Both the position numbers and the translations under genes were made by a program. A stretch of 63,944 nucleotides of DNA, filler included, from Lama guanicoe (Eukaryota): assembly GCA_013239625.1 (NCBI GenBank). It is 74 parts of 73 records of this genome, joined end to end, with 100 filler letters (N's around TTAATTAATTAA, not from the genome) between each part and the next. Parts side by side here need not be neighbours in the genome. Positions count along the whole stretch, not along the records: positions 12,607 to 13,455 come from PNXV01015726.1; positions 13,556 to 14,079 come from PNXV01015727.1; positions 14,180 to 15,012 come from PNXV01015741.1; positions 15,113 to 15,610 come from PNXV01015744.1; positions 15,711 to 16,245 come from PNXV01015746.1; positions 16,346 to 17,123 come from PNXV01015747.1; positions 17,224 to 17,771 come from PNXV01015748.1; positions 17,872 to 18,599 come from PNXV01015751.1; 66 more parts are not named here. One strand, 5' to 3'. Shown here piece after piece: positions 12,700-25,308 of the stretch (within the stretch, counting starts at the first letter, position 1; every line of letters begins with the position of its first letter). The notes below the pieces were generated by a model. It was not told where the DNA came from. It saw only the letters and a list, made by a program, of their open reading frames with translations, and did no database searches.

Positions 12700-13330
12700 A
12701 TGATATCAGCAAGATAGGGGAGTAGGAAGTTTCAGACCCAGGTTCCCCTACAGAAGCATGGAGTTAACAACATATGGCCCAAAGTGCCTTTGGGAGAACG
12801 CCAGATACCAGGTAAGATATTGCAGCTCCCCGGATGAGTGCAAAGCCATAAGGCACTGGGCAGAAGCCAGGAGGAAGGTTCCTTGCATCTGCCCACCACA
12901 CCCTGTCACAGAAAAGCCTGATCTGGATAAAATCGCCAACCCCCAGGCTCATCCCTCCACTCAGAAGAGAAAAAGAAAAGTGCACTGTGAGTCAATGGTA
13001 CAACTTTTCAGAGGGCTACCCAAGGGATGGGTCTCATCTGGCCTGACTCAGAGCACCAACATGATTGGCAGTTTGGGGCCAGGTTGAAGGCCACCAAGAC
13101 ACAATCGGAGAGACCACCTTACTGCAGATGGACACAAAGGAGGAGCAAGAGCTTACATGATCCAGAGAAGGGGGTAAACTTCCTTAGCTGGGGAATATTC
13201 ACACAAGCTCAGAAAAGATACAGCTTCAGAAAAGGTTTTAGATACTCCCCAAATCTCCAGCCAAGCTTACAGTCAAGGTCTTCCCCTGAGTGAAGGTATG
13301 AAGACTGTAAAACTGAGAGGTGTGGCTGTA
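12700..13330 (+). mobile_element. Old LINE-1 5' region (L1M-type)
   Basis: Begins gatatcagcaagataggggagtaggaagtttcag, resembling the CAAGATGGCGGAGTAGGA start of L1M elements. Confidence 0.5.
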
Positions 13331-13349
13331 GGTTTGTTTGTTTGTAATT

Positions 13350-13455
13350 AAAAAATTTTTTTAAAGACATTATTTCTTTCAGAGCAGATTTAGGCTCACA
13401 GAAAAGCTGAAGGGAAAGTACAGAGATTTCCCATATACCCCCTGCCCCCACACAT
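13350..13455 (-). mobile_element. L1MC/MD-type 3' end, antisense
   Basis: agagcagatttaggctcacagaaaagctgaagggaaagtacagagatttcccatataccccctgccccca. Confidence 0.7.
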
Positions 13456-13634
13456 NNNNNNNNNNNNNNNNNNNNNNNNNNNNNNNNNNNNNNNNNNNNT
13501 TAATTAATTAANNNNNNNNNNNNNNNNNNNNNNNNNNNNNNNNNNNNNNNNNNNNTTTTAGAAATGACACACTTAAATATGAAATCAGCGGTCATTGCTG
13601 AATGCAGGTACCAGTATCAGACATCAGTGAGAAG

Positions 13635-13800
13635 AATGGACTTGAGTGTCAGACCGGCTGCAGTCTTACCCAGCTCCACCATTTACCAAGTTACCCAAAT
13701 TATTTTCTGCCTCAAGTTCTTTATCTGTTATATGGGGGTAATAATAGCAGCTTAAGTTGTGAGGACTAAGCAAACAGGGAAACAAAATTTAGTATATTGG
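13635..13800 (+). mobile_element. MIR SINE remnant
   Basis: cccagctccaccatttac...tctgcctcaagttctttatctgttatatgggggtaataatag MIR core. Confidence 0.65.
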
Positions 13801-14179
13801 CCAGCTTATGTTATTACCTAAGAAATAGCCTTGCAGGTAGAGAGCAAAATTCAAATCAGTTTCTAAAGTATGTGTAAAATATGATCCTGTTTCTGCCTGG
13901 TTTGTAAACACGAATGCCTACTGCAGAATGTAAAAGCAGGCTAATTTCCAACAGAAAAGATCATTTCTCAGCATTTCTTTCAAAGATAGTTGCAAAATCA
14001 TTTTTACTAAATTTTCTGTGTCCATCTCTAAAAGATCTTTGACACCAGGGAGGTAATTATCTACTTTTTTGTTAAAATCNNNNNNNNNNNNNNNNNNNNN
14101 NNNNNNNNNNNNNNNNNNNNNNNTTAATTAATTAANNNNNNNNNNNNNNNNNNNNNNNNNNNNNNNNNNNNNNNNNNNN

Positions 14180-14268
14180 AGGCCCACGTGGCAAGGAGCT
14201 GAGGTCAGCGCCCGACCCACAGCCAGCAAGAGACTGAGGCATCCAGTCTGACCGCCCACAGGGAGCCA
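14180..14268 (+). mobile_element. MLT1-type (ERVL-MaLR) LTR fragment
   Basis: ggcccacgtggcaaggagctgagg...acagccagcaagagactgagg motif. Confidence 0.6.
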
Positions 14269-14498
14269 TTCAGGCCTCTTCCCTAAGGCAGCCCTTCCCT
14301 TTCTTGAGGACACACCCCCCGCTTTCCCTTTACCAGCACACATGTCAGGCTCTGTCTTTATCTGAGTTGTTCTCCTCTCCCTCCATCCAGGAGCCCAGCA
14401 GGGAGCGGCAGGCAGGGAGGGAGGACGTGCTGGGAGCAGAGCTGTGGTGTCACCTGGGAGCAGATGGTACCAGGGAGTCAGTGGAAAGGAGAGACGTC

Positions 14499-14630
14499 AG
14501 GGCAGCAGGGATGGGAAGGAGAGGAGTGACCACCCCTGTGACTCTCAGGGGCACGTGGGGCTGTAGGGCAGCAGGGATGGGAAGGAGAGGAGTGACCACC
14601 CCTGTGACTCTCAGGGGCACGTGGGGCTGT
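14499..14630. repeat. Perfect 66-bp tandem duplication (2 copies)
   Basis: agggcagcagggatgggaaggagaggagtgaccacccctgtgactctcaggggcacgtggggctgt at 14499 and 14565. Confidence 0.95.
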
Positions 14631-14849
14631 GCTTTCGGGCTGTGAGATAACACAGTGAGGAGTAAACTCTGCGTGGTCCCTGCTGGTCTCTCCTTCAGCA
14701 TCTGGATCGTCCAGCTCATAGCCTGGATCCAAACACCACTGATGCCCCACAGTCCGGTGTGACCCTCCCTTTCCGGCACCTCCAGCAAACACACCCCATC
14801 AGCCAATGAACAACCAACTCTCCTGTCACCCACACCGCCATGGACTCAC

Positions 14850-14897
14850 CTGTAGTGGGTGTGAGAAACACAGCAGACTCCTGGCCCGTCTCAGAAC
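14850..14897 (-). CDS. 48-bp exon resembling MHC class I cytoplasmic exon 7 (reads x-SETGQESAVFLTPTT in phase 1-1)
   Basis: Acceptor cttctcttcccctccag and donor AG|GTGAGT. Same length as MHC-I exon 7; about 32/48 nt ungapped identity to the recalled HLA-A exon 7 (SDSAQGSDVSLTACK). Confidence 0.5.
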
Positions 14898-15710
14898 CTG
14901 GAGGGGAAGAGAAGCTGGCAGAGCCCCCAGAGAAAGGGGACCCTCAGTGAGGCAGGTGAACACTGCAGGGAGTCAGCGTAACAGAGTGAGGACACAATTG
15001 GGCTCTGTGTTCNNNNNNNNNNNNNNNNNNNNNNNNNNNNNNNNNNNNNNNNNNNNTTAATTAATTAANNNNNNNNNNNNNNNNNNNNNNNNNNNNNNNN
15101 NNNNNNNNNNNNGTGTGGATGTGTATGTGATTGTGGTGATGGTAACCCAATCCTGGACAGCCCCAGAGTTTCTCAAGGCCCAAGTTTGGGTGCTGGCAGA
15201 TGGTCTGGGGGGTGAGAGCCAGGGGAGAAGCCTGGGCAGTAGTGTATTGGGGGAGTGTGTGTGCAAGATGAGCAGGATGAGACCAATGGAGGCAAAACCA
15301 GGAGAGAAAAGATGAGACAGAGAGGAGGAGGGGGCCTGTTGATGGGGAGTGTGTGGCAGTTGATAGCAGCATGGGGAAATCCCAGAAAGTTGGGCAGGTT
15401 TGGGGGACTGACAGGGGTTGCTTTTTGGGAGTTGGGAAAGACCAGGGAGCCTAGAGAAACTGGGAGTTGGGAGGGGTGAGAACTGAGGAATGATGGGCCA
15501 GGCCAGGCAGGGGGGTGAGGGGTGGTGAGGGACTAGGCCTGGGCTTGGTGCGCCGCAATCCCCAGGCAGAGACCCGGGCCAAGCCTGCTTCCCAGTGGTG
15601 GGTGGTGATGNNNNNNNNNNNNNNNNNNNNNNNNNNNNNNNNNNNNNNNNNNNNTTAATTAATTAANNNNNNNNNNNNNNNNNNNNNNNNNNNNNNNNNN
15701 NNNNNNNNNN

Positions 15711-15825
15711 GTGAATGTAGACTGCAATCTGGAGAAATTCCGGAGCTTCCAGGCTCCGCATCTGAATGCCGAGGACAAGGACAGCTTGGAAGCATGCTTC
15801 TAACACGGTCAGCGGCATTCTTACA
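15711..15825 (-). CDS. Candidate internal exon, truncated by scaffold end (VRMPLTVLEACFQAVLVLGIQMRSLEAPEFLQIAVYIH)
   Basis: Acceptor cctccgtttcccctgcag followed by an open, helix-like frame; no donor visible. Confidence 0.25.
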
Positions 15826-16484
15826 CTGCAGGGGAAACGGAGGCCCCCAGTCAAGGGCAGAGATGTTCCTATCGTGTATCACAGGCCGTGCCTCGGGGAC
15901 TCAGTGCCCTGCAGCAGCCCGGCCCCAGGCGAGGACCAGCAGCGTGGCCCACCCAAGCAGGAGGGGCACTGTGCTTGAGCTTGAGAAATCCCCGATGGGG
16001 GCAAGAGGGGCTGGTGGGGTTCAGTGAACCTGTAATTGCCCACAGAAATATGCCTGCATTCATTCAAGTGATACAAACAACAGTAGCAGTCTATTTAATA
16101 TAATTTCAATTGACAGTGGAAATTTTACCATTCCTTTCCGCTTGTCTCCTGAACTCTGAGACAGGCTTAAGCTCTCTTACACCTGCAGCTCTGTGAAATA
16201 TTTGTGAAGTCATTGTACTTTGCTGCAAGTGTCCTCGCTTCCCGTNNNNNNNNNNNNNNNNNNNNNNNNNNNNNNNNNNNNNNNNNNNNTTAATTAATTA
16301 ANNNNNNNNNNNNNNNNNNNNNNNNNNNNNNNNNNNNNNNNNNNNTCACCAAAAATTAATTGTGCCCATGATCACTTGTCACAAACATGCTTTTGAATTA
16401 GTACAGAAATGTGTACACCAGAATCCTGTAGTAACTTGATAATGAGATGGTGATTCTGATAAGTTACAATAAAGAATTTTTAAA

Positions 16485-17123
16485 ATAAACTTTTAATTTG
16501 AGGATAGTTTAAAATTTATGGAAGAATTGGGACAATAGGACAGAGAGTTCCCACACACACCACACCCAGTTTCCCCTGTTATTAATAGTCTATATTGGTG
16601 TGGTGCACTTGTGCAATGAATGAACCAGTACTGATTGCTATTGATAGTTTACTCAGATTTTTCGTAGTTTTACCTGGCATGTTCTTTTTGCTCCAGCACC
16701 CAATCCAGGATCCTGCATGACATTTTGTCGTCATGTCTCATTAGGCTCCTCTTGGCTGTAGCAGCTTCAAACACTTTCCTTGTTTTGACGACCTTGAGAG
16801 TTTTAAGGAGTACTGATCACGTATTATGTAGAATGTCGCTCCATTGGAATTTGATGTTTTTCTCACGATTAGACTGGGATTATGAGATTTTGTGAGGAAG
16901 ATCACAAAGGTAAAGTGCCATTCCCATCACATTATATGAAGGGTACATACTATCAAGATGACATTACTGTTGATGTTGACCTTGGTCATCTGACTGAGGT
17001 GATGTCAGACTTTTCCACTGTGAAGTAACTCTGATCTTCCTTTTTATATGTCACTCCTTGGAAGGGAGTCACTATGTGCAGCCCACACTTAAGGAGTGGG
17101 GAGTTATGCTCTACCTCCTTGAA
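16485..17123 (-). mobile_element. L1MC4-like LINE-1 3' end, antisense
   Basis: acagagagttcccacacacaccacacccagtttcccctgtt...ccaatccaggat...gtcactatgtgcagcccacacttaaggagtggggagttatgctc. Confidence 0.75.
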
Positions 17124-17871
17124 NNNNNNNNNNNNNNNNNNNNNNNNNNNNNNNNNNNNNNNNNNNNTTAATTAATTAANNNNNNNNNNNNNNNNNNNNN
17201 NNNNNNNNNNNNNNNNNNNNNNNGCACTCTATGTGGTTCTCCCTTCTGCATCAGGGGAAAGTCCATGTCTGACTTTGCTGTGTGTCTTCCTTGCTTCCAA
17301 GGTTACTCAGTGACCTCTTCACCCGTGTCTGGCTGTGGGCTCAGCTGCGTTTAGCTGAAGCACTGGGACTTGGCGGGATTCGCCTGCTAGCATGATCCTG
17401 GGTGCTGCTGGTGGGACCCATTGAAGCCACGGGCAAGAATTGTCTTAAGACAAACTCTCTCCCCCAGTGACCTGCCTCTCTCTCCACATCTGTGCTCCCT
17501 CCCTCTTTTCCTCCCCAAGAGCCCTAGAACCATTACACTGCTCCGTGCCTTGAGAATAATCATGACAGTCCCTCACTCCGAAGATGACGCCCTTCCCTTG
17601 GAGCTCCACGTGCACACACTTACGTGCTGCTCATGCCGTTGCGGGTCTGGGCTTTGCGCTCTGTGTCAGGTGATCAGTATTAAGATAGTGGTCCAGACTT
17701 TAAAGCCTCTGTGTGTTGGTTAAGGGCATGGTTTTCCTTAGATAGGGTTTGAAACATCCCCCAACCCTTTANNNNNNNNNNNNNNNNNNNNNNNNNNNNN
17801 NNNNNNNNNNNNNNNTTAATTAATTAANNNNNNNNNNNNNNNNNNNNNNNNNNNNNNNNNNNNNNNNNNNN

Positions 17872-18599
17872 TCAGGGAAGCTATTTCTCGGGCTTGCCCC
17901 TAATAGGGAACTCCTGTGACATAAGAGAGCTGCGTGGAGTTTTCTCTCGAGCTCCTCTGCGCACAGAAAATGGTTCCAGAATCCTGAGCGTGGAGAGGTT
18001 CCACCAACTTTTGGCAGTGCGTGGGTTCTAACAGAATGCCTAGCCAGTCTCCCCTGAGTGTTTTCCAAATATCTGTCTTCCAGGAAATGCTGGGGGTCTG
18101 CGCTGGCTTTTCCAGTGTCAGCGGTTGCCTCCCCAAGAGGAAGAAATTTCTCGGACTTCCCCCCAGCAGGGAACACCTGTGACGGCGGGAGCTGCGTGGA
18201 GTTGTCTCTCGAGCTACCCCAAACACAGAAAATAGTTCTTGAATCCTGAGTGTGCGGAGGTTCCACCAACATTCGACAACACGAGGGTTCTAAGTCAATG
18301 CCGTAACTCGTCTCCCCTGATGGTTTTCCTAATTTCTGGCTGCCAGGGAATGCTGGGGTTTGTACTGGCAAGTCCAGTGACAGCGACTGCCTCACCAAGG
18401 TCAGGGAAGCTATTTCTCGGACTTCCCCTGAACCGGGAACACCTGTGACTGAAGAGTGCTGCGTGGAGTTGTCTCTGCAGCTTCCCCACAAACTGACAAT
18501 TTTTCCGGAAACCTGAGCGTCTGGAGGATCCACCAAAGGTCGGCAGGCCATGGGTTCTAAGGGAATGCCTAAGCTCGTCACCCCTGAGAATTTTCCTAA
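17872..18599 (-). repeat. ~267-bp satellite family B
   Basis: Reverse complement of the units at 36080-36941. Confidence 0.93.
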
Positions 18600-18699
18600 N
18601 NNNNNNNNNNNNNNNNNNNNNNNNNNNNNNNNNNNNNNNNNNNTTAATTAATTAANNNNNNNNNNNNNNNNNNNNNNNNNNNNNNNNNNNNNNNNNNNN

Positions 18700-19611
18700 G
18701 CATTCTGTATTCTATATTCAATATTCTGTGTTCTACATTCTGTATTCTGAATTCTATACTCAGTATTCCGTATGCTATCTTCTAAATTCTGTGTTCTGCA
18801 TTCCATGTTCTAAATTCTGGGTTCTATAAACTATATTCTATATTCTATATTCTGTGTTCTACATCCTATATTCTAAATTCTATATTCAGCTTTCTGTATT
18901 CTATATTATAAATTCTGTGTTCTACATTCTATATTCAGTATTATAACTGTATTTATATTCGAAATTCTGTGTTCTGCATTCCATGTTCTAAATTCTGGCT
19001 TCTATATTCTGTATTCTATATTCTATAATTTGCGTACTGAATACTATATTCTACAATCTATATTTTGCATTCCGTATTCTATATTCTACATTCTGTGTTC
19101 TACATTCTATATTCTCAATTCTATATTCAGTATTCTTTATTCTACATTCTAAATTCTTTGTTCTGCATTGCATGTTCAAAACTCTGTGTTCAGTGTTCTT
19201 TATTCTATATTCTATATTCTGTGTTCTACATTCTATTTTCTAAATTCTATATTCAGTATTCTGTATTCTATATTCTAAATTCTGTGTTCTGCTTTCCATG
19301 TTCTAAATTCTGGCTTCTCTATTCTCTATTCTATATTGTATATTTTGTGTTTTAATTATATATTCTACATTCTATATTCTGCATTCCGTATTTTATATTC
19401 TTTATACTGTGTTCTACATTCTATATTCTATTTCTATATTCAATCTATATTCAGTATTCTGTATTCTATATTCTAAATTCTGTGTTCTGCATTCCATGTT
19501 CAAATTTCTCGGTTCACTACTTTTATTCTATATTTTATGTTCTGTTTTCTACATTCTATATACTAAATACTATATTCAGCTTTCTGTATTCTATATTATA
19601 AATTCTGTGTT
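18700..19611 (-). repeat. Heptamer satellite family A
   Basis: Tandem ATATTCT-type units. Confidence 0.95.
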
Positions 19612-19711
19612 NNNNNNNNNNNNNNNNNNNNNNNNNNNNNNNNNNNNNNNNNNNNTTAATTAATTAANNNNNNNNNNNNNNNNNNNNNNNNNNNNNNNNN
19701 NNNNNNNNNNN

Positions 19712-20215
19712 CATGTTGACAAAGTAATTTCTCTTCTCTTCTTAGTTTTCTGAGTATTTTTTAATCATAAAGGGATGTCGAATTTTGTCAAATACCTTTT
19801 CTGTCTCAGTTGAGATAATTGTGTTCTTTTTTTCCCCTTTATTTATTAATGTGGTGTATGACATTGAGTTTTTTCTATGTTGAACCACCATTCTTTGGTT
19901 GGATCAATTCAATATGCTGTTGGATTGTGTTTGCTAGCATTTTCTGAGGATTTTTGTATCTATATTCATAAAGGACAATTATCTGTAACGTTCTTTTCTT
20001 TTACTGTCTGTATTTGGGCTGGTATTAGGGTGATGCTGGCCTCTTAGAGTGAATTAGGAAGTATTCTTCTTCTTCTGCTTTTAGAAGCATTTGAGGAGAT
20101 TTGGTTTAACTCTTCTTTAAATTTTTGGTAGAATTCTCCAGTGAAGCCACTACTGCACTACTCTCTCTTATTGGGAGCTTTCTGATTAGCAATTCAATCT
20201 CTTTACTTGTTTTAG
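19712..20215 (-). mobile_element. Old LINE-1 ORF2 fragment, antisense
   Basis: Reverse-complement L1 ORF2 motifs, e.g. tggtagaattctccagtgaagcca and ggtattagggtgatgctggcctc. Confidence 0.85.
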
Positions 20216-21769
20216 NNNNNNNNNNNNNNNNNNNNNNNNNNNNNNNNNNNNNNNNNNNNTTAATTAATTAANNNNNNNNNNNNNNNNNNNNNNNNNNNNN
20301 NNNNNNNNNNNNNNNTTATGCTGGTTTATACTTTTCTTCTCCACTGTGTGCACACTTTAAAGTTACTCCCACTCCCATTACTCAAATTGGTTTCCCCCTG
20401 CTTTTCGCTCTTGTTAGTGAGACAAATTACCACTGAGGTGCCATTCAGTTTCTACTCTTATCACTCGCCGTCCAGGATATCCAACTCTTTTACATTTCCT
20501 AAAACAGGGCAGGGGGAAGCTATGAGTAAGTTTCAGAATACTCCAGTCTGACAAACCTTTGTTTGATTTCTCGTTCTAATTTCCCAAAGTAATGCCACAT
20601 TGATAAGTAGAATACTATCAGATTCCTCATCTCTGAAATCAGTAATTCCCCAAAGTAACGTTGCAAGGAGCAAATAACATGTTTGCAAATCAGTGTGCAT
20701 GTCGCCTCACTTTCAGCCAATGTGAGTAAGCAGTGATCTCTCCACGAGCTGCAGTGTAGCCAGCGAGAGCAAGAAGTGGAAAAGGACTGAAACATCATTG
20801 GGCTTGATTTTTAACTAAGGATCTGAGGGCTCGCAAGATTAATTTCACCCAGATCAGATGTAGCAATGGAGTTGAAAACAGAATTAACATAACTCTAATC
20901 CTGTGATGTTAGGGTCCCCCTAGTCACCAGTGTGAGAAGCCTCTCTGGTAAGAAGCAGTGCCCCACGGTGGGTGGAGAACAACCTTTGTTGTCTGAAACT
21001 TGTGGAGTTAAATTTGTCTCCAAAACGTCTAAGTAATGAGGACACATATAATTTACTTCAGATCTCTAGGCTACTTCTTGCTAGTGTCTGATTCATAGGA
21101 ACTCATCTGAGTTTTACAAAATATATTCCATATAAAACAAGTGTAAAGTCATGACANNNNNNNNNNNNNNNNNNNNNNNNNNNNNNNNNNNNNNNNNNNN
21201 TTAATTAATTAANNNNNNNNNNNNNNNNNNNNNNNNNNNNNNNNNNNNNNNNNNNNCGCTGGCTAGAAGCCACATCCCCTTGAGGCAGGTCCTGCAGAGG
21301 AGGCAACTAATGCCTCTTGTCCGTTGGTAAAGGAGACAAGTTGCAGTAAGACCATGGATCTGGGCACGTGCGTGTACACAGCGCTTTCACCTTGTCTTGC
21401 CTTCCAGTCTCTGCTCCTTTATGTTTTGCTATGTCTGCTGTCACTCGTAAAACGTTTTTGGTGAAAGACACGGCTTCATTACAGGATGAAGCTGTGCAAG
21501 GGAAAAAAGGCGGGGGGGAGACTGACGTTCAGATGGACAGAACATACGATTCAAATGGGAAAACATCCTGCTACTGAGACATGACAAGCACAGGACCTGC
21601 GACCAGCACTGTTTCACACACGTTCTGCTTTACCTTCCCGTAGAGGACTCTCTACAATAATGTAATGCANNNNNNNNNNNNNNNNNNNNNNNNNNNNNNN
21701 NNNNNNNNNNNNNTTAATTAATTAANNNNNNNNNNNNNNNNNNNNNNNNNNNNNNNNNNNNNNNNNNNN

Positions 21770-22667
21770 AGAACATGGAATATAGTATATAGAATGCAGA
21801 ATACAGAACGCAGAATTTGGAACATGGAATTCAGAACACAGAATTTAGAACACAGAATACCGAATATAGAATATAGAATATAGAATGTAGAACACAAAAT
21901 ATAGAATATAGAATACAGAGTACACAACCCAGAATTTAGAACATGGAATTCAGAACACAGAATTTAGAATATAGCATACAGAATACAGAGTATAGAAAGT
22001 TGAATACAGAATGTAGAACACAGAATATAGAATATAGAATACGGAATGCAGAACCCAGAATTTAGAACATGGAATTCAGAACACAGAATTTAGAATANNN
22101 NNNNNNNNNNNNNNNNNNNNNNNNNNNNNNNNNNNNNNNNNNNNNNNNNNNNNNNNNNNNNNNNNNNNNNNNNNNNNNNNNNNNNNNNNNNNNNNNNNNN
22201 NNNNNNNNNNNNNNNNNNNNNNNNNNNNNNNNNNNNNNNNNNNNNNNNNNNNNNNNNNNNNNNNNNNNNNNNNNNNNNNNNNNNNNNNNNNNNNNNNNNN
22301 NNNNNNNNNNNNNNNNNNNNNNNNNNNNNNNNNNNNNNNNNNNNNNNNNNNNNNNNNNNNNNNNNNNNNNNNNNNNNNNNNNNNNNNNNNNNNNNNNNNN
22401 NNNNNNNNNNNNNNNNNNNNNNNNNNNNNNNNNNNNNNNNNNNNNNNNNNNNNNNNNNNNNNNNNNNNNNNNNNNNNNNNNNNNNNNNNNNNNNNNNNNN
22501 NNNNNNNNNNNNNNNNNNNNNNNNNNNNNTATAGAATACACAAAACGCAAAATTTAGAATATGGAATTCAGAACACAGAATTTGTAATAGAGAATACAGA
22601 ATACAGAATATCGAATGTAGAATACAGAATGTAGAACACAGAATGTAGAATATAGAATACAGAATGC
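21770..22667 (+). repeat. Heptamer satellite family A
   Basis: Tandem AGAATAT-type units. Confidence 0.95.
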
Positions 22668-22767
22668 NNNNNNNNNNNNNNNNNNNNNNNNNNNNNNNNN
22701 NNNNNNNNNNNTTAATTAATTAANNNNNNNNNNNNNNNNNNNNNNNNNNNNNNNNNNNNNNNNNNNN

Positions 22768-23311
22768 GCCCCATCGGATTTTGTTCCTTGGCTTCGTGCA
22801 GTAAAAATTTCAAGAGAGAGCCAGTGTTGATTAAAGGTAGATTTATTCAGAGAGATACATTGAAATGCAAGAGAAACGTCACGAGGTGTGGGGGTTTGAT
22901 GCTCAGATTAAAAGAAGGTACACACTCCACAGACAGTGTGGGTCTTCTCCGAAGAGGGTGAGAGAGTGGTGACCGCGAGGTGGCGCTGTGTTGCTTGTTT
23001 TCTTGAGCTTGGTGGTTTCATATGCTAATAAGTAGAAGGACCAGCCTTAGGGCAAGGGGNNNNNNNNNNNNNNNNNNNNNNNNNNNNNNNNNNNNNNNNN
23101 NNNNNNTTTGGACCGCCATGGTGCCTGGGGCATGTTATTCACCATGTTACTATTACAATGGGTGTTTACTGAATCTCAAGCTCTGCTAGAAGTTAAATCT
23201 CTTCATCCTGAGACTCAAGGCCTATTGGGGGTTGAATCCTTCACCATTTTGGTGTTAATTGCTGTGGCCTTACTTAAATGGCTGTGCTCTGCCCCCTTCC
23301 ATCCTGTCTCA
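22768..23311 (-). mobile_element. ERV1-type LTR, antisense, 3' end truncated
   Basis: - strand begins TGAGACAGGATGG at 23311; octamer-like ATTAGCATATG near 23020-23030; AATAAA on - at 22842-22847. Confidence 0.65.
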
Positions 23312-24509
23312 CTGTGTTGACACAGAGACAGCAAAGGCCGGGCCCTGCCTGTGCTCCTGCATTTAACAGCAGGATGGGTGGGGTGGGCTTATGATGACTC
23401 TGAGTGTTGAGAATGATGTTTCAGATTTTCCCACGTGAGACATGGGGACCTGCCAGCAGCTACCACAGACTTATCTCTCGGGCATTATTGCTTGTGTTGT
23501 TATTGAAACAACAGGGCAGCCAAGAAACAGGCACCACTCAGAGGGTGGGAGTAATGAGATTTATTNNNNNNNNNNNNNNNNNNNNNNNNNNNNNNNNNNN
23601 NNNNNNNNNTTAATTAATTAANNNNNNNNNNNNNNNNNNNNNNNNNNNNNNNNNNNNNNNNNNNNGTGTTTTTTGGATAGATAAACAAATGAATCGGTAA
23701 AGAGATGAGAGGTCCACAATCCACCCCAGTTATTCAGCTGCCATTCTGGGAAGTTCATTCTGCAGAGTTAAGGAAATGTCAGTGCAGGTGGTGGGCAGAC
23801 AAAACAGAGGTGAGGGCGTAGGGGAGACAGGCCTGGTCCTGGAGAGCGCAGGAGAGGCGTGGGTGGGATAGCACTGGAGAGAGAGGGAATGGACGGTTCG
23901 GGTGCAAGGAGATGTTGAAGAACAACTGATATTAACTGCAATAAATTAAATGGAGAACATAATATATGAAGGGAAGATCAAGTTAACACAGCAAGGGTGG
24001 AAAAGGTGGTACCAGAGACAAAGAGCTCTCACTTCATCCCTCACAGCATTTCACTTATGGCGCCCACCCTCTGGGAAGGCAGCGTCAAATTTTTGAGAGA
24101 ATGGTGTTTGTGCTGTGGGTGCTCTAAGTACAAAACTGTATCTTATGGCTTCCAGATTTTAAGACTGATAGATTATTTCTCCTATGTCCCATGTCTGTGT
24201 TCTCAGACAGCAGGATCTTTCACTGGTGTGGGGAGAGCTATTGTGGTAAACAACTCAGGATTACTCTAATAATCTCAAAGGACAGTGGGGAATTCACTAA
24301 AACAAATAAAAGAGAAATTTCACTCAGAAAAAAACCATATGCCATATAGAAATTTGTGGAGGCCTTGGGGGCAATATTACCACCAACTCATCTAACAGTT
24401 GTATGTGAGNNNNNNNNNNNNNNNNNNNNNNNNNNNNNNNNNNNNNNNNNNNNTTAATTAATTAANNNNNNNNNNNNNNNNNNNNNNNNNNNNNNNNNNN
24501 NNNNNNNNN

Positions 24510-25208
24510 GTATTCTGTATTCTATATTCTAAACTCTGTGTTGTGCATTCCATGTTCTGAATTCTCGTTTCTGTATTCTGTTTTCCATATTCAACATTCT
24601 GTGTTCTACATTCTATATTCTGTATCCTATATTCTGCTTTCGTTTTCTAAATTCTTTATTCTGTTTTCTACATTGTATATTCTAAATTCTATATTCAGTA
24701 TTCTTTATTCTATATTCTAAATTCTGTGTTTTATATTGTATATTCATATTCTATAATCAGTATTCGGTTTTGTATATTCTAAATTCTGTGTTCTTCATTC
24801 TATATTCTAAATTCTATTTTCAGTTGTATGTATTCTATATTCTAAATTCAGTGTTCTGCATTCCATGTTCTAAATTCTGGGTTCTGTATTCTGTTTTCCA
24901 TATTCTAAGTATATTCTGTGTTATACATTCTATATTCTGTATTCAATATTCTGCATTCCGTATCTAAAATTCCATATTCTGTGTTCTACATTCTATATTC
25001 AGTATTCGGTATTTTATATTCTAAATTCGGTGTTCTACTTTCCATGTTCTTAATTCTGGGTTCTATATATTCTATTCTATATTATATACTTTGGGTTCAT
25101 CATTCTATATTCTATATTCTATATTCTGCATTCGTAGTCTATATTCTATATTCTGTGTCCTTCATTCTATACTCTAAATTCTATATTCAGTATTCTGTAT
25201 TCTATATT
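24510..25208 (-). repeat. Heptamer satellite family A
   Basis: Tandem ATATTCT-type units; shares a long diagnostic block with 4075-4360. Confidence 0.95.
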
Positions 25209-25308
25209 NNNNNNNNNNNNNNNNNNNNNNNNNNNNNNNNNNNNNNNNNNNNTTAATTAATTAANNNNNNNNNNNNNNNNNNNNNNNNNNNNNNNNNNNN
25301 NNNNNNNN

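Noticed and set aside
17820..18581. 253-aa ORF and similar ORFs at 36262-36989 and 48483-49308
   Set aside because: They are translations of the 267-bp satellite (a multiple of 3), open in several frames and without domain features.
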